Source of the DNA: Deltaproteobacteria bacterium
GTDB taxonomy: Bacteria > Myxococcota_A > UBA9160 > UBA4427
Assembly: GCA_002709835.1 (NCBI GenBank)
Contig: PAQX01000076.1
Span: 2,985-66,984, forward strand
Direction: 5' to 3'
Length of the DNA: 64,000 bases
Shown: positions 6,792 to 14,125 of the stretch, piece by piece
How the letters are laid out: each line of letters opens with the position of its first letter
How positions within the stretch are numbered: the stretch's first letter is position 1
Position numbers and translations under genes: made by a program
The notes under the pieces: model-generated
What the model was told of the DNA's origin: nothing
What the model saw: only the letters and a program-made list of their open reading frames with translations
Database searches by the model: none

Positions 6792-9700
6792 CTAGCCCTG
6801 TCTTTCGTAGATCTCGTCGACGTACTCGCCGGGATCGATGCGGACGATGGCACCAGTCGGGCAGGATGCGACGCAGGCGGCCCGCGCCGCGCCGCTCTTC
6901 TTGGCCGGGAGCTCCCGGCAGAGGTCGCACTTCACGGCCTTCTTGATCGCCGCCGCACCGCCCTCTTCCGGCTTCGGCGCATCGGCCTTCTTCGTCGCGC
7001 GACGCGGGAAGAGCAGACGCATCAGGAGACCCGGTCCCGGATCGTCGTCCACCTTCGCCATCTTGATCACGTCGTAGGGGCAGTAGGCCTCGCAGTTGCC
7101 GCAGCCGATGCAGGTCTCGTCGTTGATCCAGACCTCGCCGTTCGGATCGCGGTTGAGCGCGTCCGGCGGACAGTCGGTCATGCACTTCGGGTTCTCGCAG
7201 TGCTGACACGCGGTCGGCAGATGGAGCGCGCTGCCCGCGCTCGTCATGTAGGTCGCGCCCGCTTCGCGGTTCAGTCGCGATACGCCGCCGTGGGTCTCGG
7301 CGCAGGCCTTCTCGCAGTTGTCGCACCGGACGCAGAGCGTCTCGTCGATAATCAGGAGGTCGGTCGCTTCTTTCCCGCCCGCCTTCTGCAGCCACATCAT
7401 CGTCCCGCGCCCGTGCTGACGACGCGCATCCGCGATGATGAACTCCTGCTCCTTGAGTTCGAGGAACTCGCGCAGCTCGCGATGCTGCTCGACGAGCTGG
7501 ATCATCACGTCCTTCGGGAAGAGGACGGTCTCGCAGTCCACGCCGGCCCGCGCCGTCGCCGAGCGCGCCTGATCCGGATGGAGCACGGCCATCTCGCCGA
7601 GGGTCGAGCCCGCTCGAAGGGAGTCGATCTGCTCCTCGACGCCCTCGTGCTTCTTGTAGACCTCGGCCGTGCCGCGGCGGATGAGATGGAGCCCGTCCGG
7701 ATCGTCCCCCTCGGAGAAGATCGTCTCTCCGGCGCGGTGAAGGATCGTCTCGGATCGGCTCGCGAGGAGCTTGCGTGCGCTGGCGTCGAGACTCGGGAAG
7801 AGCGTGGCGAGGGCGGTGTTCACGTAGGCCGCATCGATCACCCGCTTCACGTCCTCGACGGACCGGATGAGCTTCGCCATCGAGCTGCGCGGCGTCTCGA
7901 TCAGGATGCAGGGCGAGGTCGTCGTCACGGTCTCGCCCCGACGTCGCCCCGAGATCAGGCCGTCTTCGCCGAAGAACTGCCCCGTGCCCCGGGTCGCCTT
8001 GCGCTCCGCCCGAAGCTCCTCGGGAATCGTCGGGTCGGAGTTGTCGACCCAGGCGAGCTCGACGTCGCCCTCGATGATCGAGAAGAAGGTGTTGTCGAAG
8101 TCGGCGCGCTGGTAGACGACGGTGCCGGGCGGGACGATCCGGATCTTCGACTCGAAGATCAACTGACGGAGCTGGACCGACGTGAGGGGCGCGAGAGTCG
8201 GGATCGTGTTCTGGATCCGGTCGAGGTTCTCGCTGACGCTGCCTCCGACCTCACGGAACTTCTGGGCCAGGACCGGCTCGTCGGCGGGCTTCACGTCGGC
8301 GCCGAGGATGTGCTCGACGACCTCGAATCCCTGGTTCATGCAGTTCTTGATCAGCGGATAACCGACCAGGGCACCGACCATGTAGATGCCCGGGATGTTC
8401 GACTCGTACTTGTCCGAGACGTCCGGGATGGCCTCCTTGTCGTTGCTCGGGAACGAGATGCCCGTCGTCTCGAGGAAGGCCCGCGGCGGCGTCGCGCCGA
8501 GACGACCGATCACGAGGTCGCAGGGAACCGTGACCTCTTCGCCGTCCTTCGTCTTGAAGACCGCCGTGTCGCTCTCGAACCGGTCCGCGCTCGCGTTCGT
8601 GAGATAGGCGATCTCCCCCGACTTGATCTTCGCTTCGATCGCGGCCTTGTTCATCGGCTTCGCGCGGTCGAACTCGTCGCGGCGGTTCACGATCGTGACT
8701 TCGTTGCCGTTCTCCGCGAGGGCGATCGCGTTCTCGATCCCCGCGTCGCCGACGCCGACGACGATCACGCGCTTGTCTTCGTATGCCTTGGGATCGTCGA
8801 GCTGATAGGTCACCCAGGGCTGATCGTCGCCTGGTACCCCGAACTTCCGCAGGTCGCCCTGGACGCCGATCGAGAGGACGATGTGGGTCGCCTCGACGGT
8901 CTCGGCGCCGTTCGGGCCCCGCACCGAAATCCGGAACGCGCCCTTCTCGCCTTCGATCGCGAGGATCTCGGTCGCTTCGACGAGGTTCGTCCCGGCGTCG
9001 CGAACGGCCGTCTCCCACCACTTGAGCACCTGTTCGCGGACGGCCTCCTCGAAGATCATCTTGAGGTCCGACTGCAGCGGCAGCTGCGGCGGCTCGGCCA
9101 TCACGAACTTGCCCTTCTGGTACTTCACGATCGTGTCCGCGAGGACCGACCGCTCGTAGAGGGCATGGTTCACCCCGCGCTCCGCCGCGCGGACCCCGGC
9201 GGCGATGCCGGCGGGACCGGCGCCGATGATCGCGAGCGAAACGCTCGACGGATCCGGCGGTGGCTCGTCGACCGAGACCGGGCGCATGATGAAAGCGCTC
9301 GTGACTTCGGGCCCTTCGGCCGCTTCGATCGTCGCCATCGGCGCCGGCGCCGCGCGCACGGGCGCGACCGTCTCGGGCTCGGGCGAGGGCGAGGGCGAGG
9401 GCGAGGGCGGGACCGGTTCCGGCGGCGCTTCGACGGGCTCGGCCGCCGCGGCGACCGGCTCCGGCGGATCGTCGACCCGACCGACCCGGGTCTCGTCCAC
9501 GCTCGCCGGGGTGGCGTCCCCAGTCTCCGAAGGCGCGTCCTCCGCCGCCTCGATGCGCAGTCGCAGGACGACGCGGTCCGCGAGTTGGATCTCTTCGCCG
9601 CCCGCGAGCTCGAGGCGGTCGGTGATCTGCACGCCGTTCACCAGGGTGCGGTTCACCTGGCTCTTGTGGACGAGAACGAGGGTCTCGCCCTCCCAGACGA

Positions 9701-9848
9701 GCTCGGCGTGGAGGCGCGAGATGCTCTGGTCCGCGAGCTGGATGTCGCAGGCGAGTCCGCGACCGAGGGTGGTCGTCTCCGGACCGACGTCGAACGACTG
9801 TCCCGCCTGGTCCGGCAGACCACCCATGATGGTCAACGTGGCGCGCAT
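6792..9848 (-). CDS. Multidomain redox sensor protein: FHA, P/A/E-rich linker, TrxR-like FAD/NAD(P)H oxidoreductase (no CxxC), 2x cyclic-nucleotide-binding-like domains, 4x[4Fe-4S] ferredoxin domain
   Basis: Track ORF is 6792..9854 (TTG start). The ATG at 9848 gives MRATLTIMGG.
- FHA: LGRGLACDIQLADQSISRLHAELV (about nt 9854-9555).
- Rossmann 1: IIGAGPAGIAAG (about nt 9224).
- Rossmann 2: VIVVGVGDAGIENAIALAENGNEVTIVNRR.
- cNMP-like segments: ..FFGEDGLISGRRRGETVTT.. and ..LGEMAVLHPDQARSATARA.. (about nt 8192-7455).
- Cys clusters (about nt 7343-6840): CVRCDNCEKAC, CQHCENPKCMTDCP, CIGCGNCEAYCP, CDLC..CVASCP. Confidence 0.85.
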   Translation of the reverse strand: MRATLTIMGGLPDQAGQSFDVGPETTTLGRGLACDIQLADQSISRLHAELVWEGETLVLVHKSQVNRTLVNGVQITDRLELAGGEEIQLADRVVLRLRIEAAEDAPSETGDATPASVDETRVGRVDDPPEPVAAAAEPVEAPPEPVPPSPSPSPSPEPETVAPVRAAPAPMATIEAAEGPEVTSAFIMRPVSVDEPPPDPSSVSLAIIGAGPAGIAAGVRAAERGVNHALYERSVLADTIVKYQKGKFVMAEPPQLPLQSDLKMIFEEAVREQVLKWWETAVRDAGTNLVEATEILAIEGEKGAFRISVRGPNGAETVEATHIVLSIGVQGDLRKFGVPGDDQPWVTYQLDDPKAYEDKRVIVVGVGDAGIENAIALAENGNEVTIVNRRDEFDRAKPMNKAAIEAKIKSGEIAYLTNASADRFESDTAVFKTKDGEEVTVPCDLVIGRLGATPPRAFLETTGISFPSNDKEAIPDVSDKYESNIPGIYMVGALVGYPLIKNCMNQGFEVVEHILGADVKPADEPVLAQKFREVGGSVSENLDRIQNTIPTLAPLTSVQLRQLIFESKIRIVPPGTVVYQRADFDNTFFSIIEGDVELAWVDNSDPTIPEELRAERKATRGTGQFFGEDGLISGRRRGETVTTTSPCILIETPRSSMAKLIRSVEDVKRVIDAAYVNTALATLFPSLDASARKLLASRSETILHRAGETIFSEGDDPDGLHLIRRGTAEVYKKHEGVEEQIDSLRAGSTLGEMAVLHPDQARSATARAGVDCETVLFPKDVMIQLVEQHRELREFLELKEQEFIIADARRQHGRGTMMWLQKAGGKEATDLLIIDETLCVRCDNCEKACAETHGGVSRLNREAGATYMTSAGSALHLPTACQHCENPKCMTDCPPDALNRDPNGEVWINDETCIGCGNCEAYCPYDVIKMAKVDDDPGPGLLMRLLFPRRATKKADAPKPEEGGAAAIKKAVKCDLCRELPAKKSGAARAACVASCPTGAIVRIDPGEYVDEIYERQG
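9375..9410. repeat. In-frame hexanucleotide tandem repeat (GGGCGA x4 with imperfect flanking copies) encoding PSPSPSPSPEPE in the linker of the FHA-flavoprotein
   Basis: The direct read is gggctc gggcga gggcga gggcga gggcga gggcgg at 9375-9410. Confidence 0.8.
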
Positions 9849-10358
9849 GGACAAGCTGACTCACCCCTCTAGCCGCGCGATTCCGAAACAGGAAGGGCGG
9901 CCCCCGAACGATTCTATGCCACGTGGACCGAGGAAATCACCTGCGCGTGGAGCGCACGGGACCCTCGGAGCACACCCGCACGGCGCGCACGAATCGAGTC
10001 GGTACCCGCGACGCGCCGGAGGGAGTCCATGGGACCGCACCCGGCGCGGGAGCACATGAAGGGAAGGCGGTCTAGGCCGACCCGCCGTCCACGGGGAGTG
10101 CCGGAGCGGTCCCGCCCGTTCCGCCCCCGCCGCTCGGCTCGGATCCCGCCCCGTCGCCTCCGCTCGCGCTCCCGGCCCACCCCTCGACCCTTATGAGAAT
10201 CTTTCAGCCTCCTCGGCGCCCGCTCCGGCCAAGCAAGTCCGCTCCTCGGAATAATTGTGGCAAAAAGCCTCCTGCCAATCCTCAAGGGAGCCCCTCGGCC
10301 GGTCGATTTCTCGTGCGAATCCGACAGTTTGGCCCTGGCCCGCGAGTCGGGAGGAAAC

Positions 10359-11474
10359 GTGTCCGCCCACCTGAAGTTCTTCGAGCTCGAGCAGTCCCCC
10401 TTCGAAGGGAAGGCCCAGAGCAAGGTCGTCCTCGGGACGCGCGCCCTGCGTGAAGCGTTCGGCACGATTCGAAGCGGCATCGACGAGGGGGCCTCGCGCC
10501 TCTGTGTGAGCGGCAACGCCGGCCTCGGCAAGACCAGCCTCGCCCGGGCGCTCCCCAAGCTCCTCGGTGACGCGGCTCGCGTGGCGAACGTCCTCGATGC
10601 CAGGGTCGAATGGCCCGCCTGCCGCGAACTCATCGCGCGCCAGTGGGACCTCGACGCGGGTCGCCTCTCGCGCGCCGCGCTCATCGAGGCCCGTACGGAC
10701 CGCCGCCTGGTGCTCGTGATCGACCAGGCCGAGCGGGCCAGCGAAGACTTCCTCGACCATCTCGACGTCCTGCTCAGCTACCGCACCGAGACCGACACGC
10801 CCGTCGTCCAGAGCGTGCTGCTCGCGAACCTCGAGACCCGCGAAGGCGGCACGCCCGTCCCGCTCCTCTGCTGGCTCGATCGGACCCAGACGCTTCAACT
10901 CGAATTCGCGCCGCTCCCCCGCGACGGCGTCGCGTCCTACATCGCCAAACATCTCCGGCGCGCCGGCTGGCGCGGCGAAGCCCTGTTCAGCGAGGACGCG
11001 GGCTTCGCGATCCACGACTACGCGGGCGGCGTACCCGGCGAGATCTCCGCGCTCTGCGAACGACTGCTCGTTGAGGCGGCCTCGGTCGAGCCCGCGGTGC
11101 CGCTCGCCTCCCCGGAGAAGGGCTTCGTCGATGCCGACGCGCTCGCGCAGCTTCCGCCGGAGGTGCTCGCCAACGCGATCGCCGCGGCCGAGGCCCTCGC
11201 GCCGATCGTCGAGAGCGAGCCCGAATCCGCACGCCTCGCGCGAGTTGAACCGCCGGTCACGCAAGCGACGCCCGAAAAGAACGAACCGGCGGTCAGGGTC
11301 GTAGCGAGCGAGGCGAGCGACCCGGACGCCGGAAACGGGGAATCTCCCCTCGGCGGAGCGAACGAGACCGCCGCGCCGGCGGAAGCCCAGACGAGTAACC
11401 CCGAGAGGTCGGATTCGATTCCGGCCTCGCCAGAGCCTCTCCCTGCCGTTCCGGACGAGGAGCGTTTCTGGTAG
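10359..11474 (+). CDS. ExeA/GspA-like AAA ATPase with acidic P/A/E-rich C-terminal tail
   Basis: Track ORF is 10257..11474. A GTG at 10359 is preceded by GGAGGAAAC. The N-terminus ..HLKFFELEQSPFEGKAQSKVVLGTRALREAFGTIRSGIDEGASRLCVSGNAGLGKTSLARAL matches the ExeA pattern (FGL.e.PF ... then Walker A GxxGxGKT). The last roughly 110 aa are low complexity. Confidence 0.65.
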   Translation: MSAHLKFFELEQSPFEGKAQSKVVLGTRALREAFGTIRSGIDEGASRLCVSGNAGLGKTSLARALPKLLGDAARVANVLDARVEWPACRELIARQWDLDAGRLSRAALIEARTDRRLVLVIDQAERASEDFLDHLDVLLSYRTETDTPVVQSVLLANLETREGGTPVPLLCWLDRTQTLQLEFAPLPRDGVASYIAKHLRRAGWRGEALFSEDAGFAIHDYAGGVPGEISALCERLLVEAASVEPAVPLASPEKGFVDADALAQLPPEVLANAIAAAEALAPIVESEPESARLARVEPPVTQATPEKNEPAVRVVASEASDPDAGNGESPLGGANETAAPAEAQTSNPERSDSIPASPEPLPAVPDEERFW

Positions 11475-11585
11475 ACACATCGGTGCGTCGCTCGACACCG
11501 AGGCGGCTCAGGCCTCGGGAGCGGCGGTCGATCCAAACTTCCGTTCGACGCAGGTCGAACGATCCACCTCCCGGTCTGACTCGTA

Positions 11586-11620
11586 GTCGGGTCCGGGGAA
11601 TTTAGATTCCCGACCCCGAC
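11586..11620 (+). terminator. Interrupted stem-loop between the ExeA-like gene and the acyl-CoA dehydrogenase gene (terminator or 5' leader structure)
   Basis: GTCGGG (11586-11591) pairs with CCCGAC (11615-11620). GGGAAT (11596-11601) pairs with ATTCCC (11606-11611). No clear U-tract. It ends 31 nt before the ATG at 11652. Confidence 0.25.
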
Positions 11621-11651
11621 ATCTTCGTCGGCCCACCCTCTGGAGAACATC

Positions 11652-13391
11652 ATGAGCGCATTCATGGACGACGCCGTCCTCCTCTATGTGCAGGAGCTGA
11701 TCGATTGGGAGTCCTACTTCAACTGGCGTAAGGGCGAAGACGGCGACGTCGATGCCGATCGTGCCGCACTCCAGGAAATTCTCGAGACCGCCGCCGCGAT
11801 CTGCGAAGAGCACGCCCCGGCGCTGCGCGAAGGCTGGGATGACGAGGTGAAGCTCGTCGACGACCAGGTCGTCTACCCGAAGCACATCAAGGAGGCGCTC
11901 GATGCGCTGACCGAAGCAGGTCTCATCAGCTTCGGCGTCGAAGAAGAGTACGGCGGCTTCGGCCTGCCCTCGTTTGTCGCGAACGTGATTCTCCAGATGG
12001 TGTCCCGCGCCGACGCCGGCCTCATGACGATCCTCGGCCTCCAGGCGGGTGTCGCGGAGGACATCCAGAAATACGCGTCCGACGAACTCAAGCAGCAGTA
12101 CCTGCCCCGCTTCGCCTCGGGCGAGGTCGCTGGCGCGATGGATCTGACCGAACCCCAGGCCGGCTCGGACCTCGGCGCGATTCAGACCCGCGCGACGGAA
12201 AAGGATGGCCGCTACTTCCTCGATGGCAACAAGATCTTCATCACCAACGGAGGCTGCAACATCCACCTCGTGCTGGCGCGCGATCACGCGACCTTCGACG
12301 ACAGCAAGGGTACGACGAAGGGCCTGTCTCTCTACCTCGTCCCGCGCGTCCTCGACTCCGGCGAAAACAACAAGGTCCACGTGACGCGCCTCGAAGAGAA
12401 GCTCGGCATCCACGGTTCGCCCACCGCCGCGATCACCTTCGACCACTCGGAAGGTTTCCTCGTCGGCGAGCAAGGAGAAGGTTTCAAGGCGATGCTCTCG
12501 CTGATGAACAACGCACGCCTCGGCGTCGCGGCCCAGGGTGTCGGCATCGCGGAGGCCGCCCTCCAAGAAGCACTGCAATACGCGAAGGATCGCGTGCAGT
12601 TCGGCGTCCCGATCGCGACGCAGCCCCTGATGAAGGATCGCCTCGCGAAGATGACGCTCGAGCTCGAAGGCAGCCGCGCCCTCCTCTACCGCGCCTGCTC
12701 GCTCGTCGATCAGAATGCCGCGATCGAAAAGGTCATGGCGAGGATCGCCGACGGTTCGACGGAGCTCTCGAACGCCGAGCAGATCGAGCTGCAGGCCCTC
12801 TACGAGCGCAACGCGACCCGCATCCGACTGCTCACCCCGCTCGCCAAGTACATGGGGACGGAAGCCGCAGACTCGATCAGCCGCGATGCGATCCAGATCC
12901 ATGGCGGCCTCGGCTTCATGGCCGAGTCCACCGTGGGGAAGCTCCACGCCGATGCCATCATCACCACGATCTACGAGGGAACGTCCGAGATCCAGGTCTC
13001 CTTCGCGCTCAAGGAGCTTGCGAAGGGCGCGCTCACCGTCGTCTTCGAGTCCCTCGAGCAGGAGCTCAAGACCTTCGACGAGCCGAAGATGAAAGAGCAG
13101 GCCGACAAGGTCCTGCAGGGCATGAACCAGATCCTCGGTGCCTCCGGGGCGCTCCTCGCGGACTTCAACTACGCGCTGATGTCCGCGCAGAGCCTCGCCG
13201 AGGTGGTCGCGAGCGTGATCGCTGGCGCCGAGCTGCTCAAGCAGGCGAAGGCCGATCCGCGCCGCTTCGACCTGGCCGCGAGCTGGATTAGCCGCCGCAT
13301 GAACGACCTCGAAAGCCGCTGCAAGCGGATCAAGGAAGGCTCGGTCGACCGACTGGATTGCGCGGACGCGATCATCGACCTGAAGGCCTAG
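11652..13391 (+). CDS. Acyl-CoA dehydrogenase (long, about 580 aa type)
   Basis: A 579-aa ORF with family strings: GLISFGVEEEYGGFGLP, MDLTEPQAGSDLGAIQTRA, KIFITNGG, IQIHGGLGFMAES, IYEGTSEIQ. Confidence 0.9.
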   Translation: MSAFMDDAVLLYVQELIDWESYFNWRKGEDGDVDADRAALQEILETAAAICEEHAPALREGWDDEVKLVDDQVVYPKHIKEALDALTEAGLISFGVEEEYGGFGLPSFVANVILQMVSRADAGLMTILGLQAGVAEDIQKYASDELKQQYLPRFASGEVAGAMDLTEPQAGSDLGAIQTRATEKDGRYFLDGNKIFITNGGCNIHLVLARDHATFDDSKGTTKGLSLYLVPRVLDSGENNKVHVTRLEEKLGIHGSPTAAITFDHSEGFLVGEQGEGFKAMLSLMNNARLGVAAQGVGIAEAALQEALQYAKDRVQFGVPIATQPLMKDRLAKMTLELEGSRALLYRACSLVDQNAAIEKVMARIADGSTELSNAEQIELQALYERNATRIRLLTPLAKYMGTEAADSISRDAIQIHGGLGFMAESTVGKLHADAIITTIYEGTSEIQVSFALKELAKGALTVVFESLEQELKTFDEPKMKEQADKVLQGMNQILGASGALLADFNYALMSAQSLAEVVASVIAGAELLKQAKADPRRFDLAASWISRRMNDLESRCKRIKEGSVDRLDCADAIIDLKA

Positions 13392-13400
13392 CCCGCAATT

Positions 13401-14123
13401 TCAGGCGAATGGCTCCGTCTGACGGAGCCATTCGCCAAGCAGCATGCTCGTGGCCGCCTGCACGTTGTAGGACGGAATGAATCCGCGCGTAGGAATGCGA
13501 ACGGTCTCGTCCGCCTCCGCGAGACGTAACTCCGGGATCCCCTCGGCCTCGCCCCCGACGACGATCAAGGTCGGTCGCGTGAGATCGAGCGACCAAGGGG
13601 TGGCCTCGCCGCTGGTCTCGACCGCGACGATGCAACGTCCCGCGGCGCGCGCCGCCTGAAACACGCGGGCGGTCTCTGCCTCGACGACGGGCAGGAAGCG
13701 CTCCGCGTGGATCGATGCGCGCCGAGCGGCCGCGTGCTCCTTCTCGGTCCACTCGACGTCGAGGGCGACGCCGGCGGCGCCGGCGACCTCTGCCGCCCGC
13801 AGGATGAAGCCGACGTTGCCTGGATAGCGGAGACGACAGAGGTGAAGCGCCAGCCCGGGGCCCGTCATGACCGCTGCGAGCGTCTTCTCCGGCGGCGGAC
13901 CCACGAGCGCGATCGCCCGTTCGATCCCGTCGCCTTCGGTCATCCGCTGCATCTCGCGCGGCGGCTCGGCCACCACTTCGACGCCCCGTTCGGTCGCCAA
14001 GGCGACGAGATCGGCGAGCGCTTCATCGTCTTCTCGAACGAGGAGCCTGGCGATCGGCGTGCCCTTCGCGAGGGCACCCTCGATCGCAGCGACGCCGGAG
14101 AGGCGACGGCGGTTCGGGGGCAC
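13401..14123 (-). CDS. TrmH/SpoU-family RNA 2'-O-methyltransferase
   Basis: The C-terminal 240 aa of track ORF 13401..14546 carry the family strings: YPGNVGFILRAAEVAGAAGVAL, LIVVGGEAEGIP, VRIPTRGFIPSYNVQAATSMLL. An in-frame GTG at 14123 lies directly after the TetR stop (14126-14128). The upstream part of the ORF overlaps the TetR gene and is rejected. Confidence 0.75.
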   Translation of the reverse strand: MPPNRRRLSGVAAIEGALAKGTPIARLLVREDDEALADLVALATERGVEVVAEPPREMQRMTEGDGIERAIALVGPPPEKTLAAVMTGPGLALHLCRLRYPGNVGFILRAAEVAGAAGVALDVEWTEKEHAAARRASIHAERFLPVVEAETARVFQAARAAGRCIVAVETSGEATPWSLDLTRPTLIVVGGEAEGIPELRLAEADETVRIPTRGFIPSYNVQAATSMLLGEWLRQTEPFA

Positions 14124-14125
14124 GC

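Noticed and set aside
9375-9410. Tandem repeat considered as a CRISPR or other array
   Set aside because: The unit is only 6 nt with no spacers, and it lies in-frame within a coding linker. It is a coding microsatellite.
6771-9872. 1033-aa + strand ORF opposite the FHA-flavoprotein gene. Similar giant shadows: 4026..6281 (+), 11508..12947 (-), 18621..19937 (+), 20705..22642 (-), 22667..24112 (-), 33970..36579 (+), 40883..42439 (-), 46114..48630 (+), 51759..54524 (-), 58030..59490 (+)
   Set aside because: All have R/D/E/L/V/G-dominated translations without recognisable motifs. Each lies antisense to an ORF with clear family signatures. These are high-GC mirror ORFs.
9905-9935. Sigma-54-like TGGCAT element upstream of the FHA-flavoprotein gene (minus strand)
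   Set aside because: The -12 element is out of register. The sequence reads TGGCATagaatcgTTCG rather than TGGCAC-N5-TTGC. No enhancer-binding protein gene is nearby.
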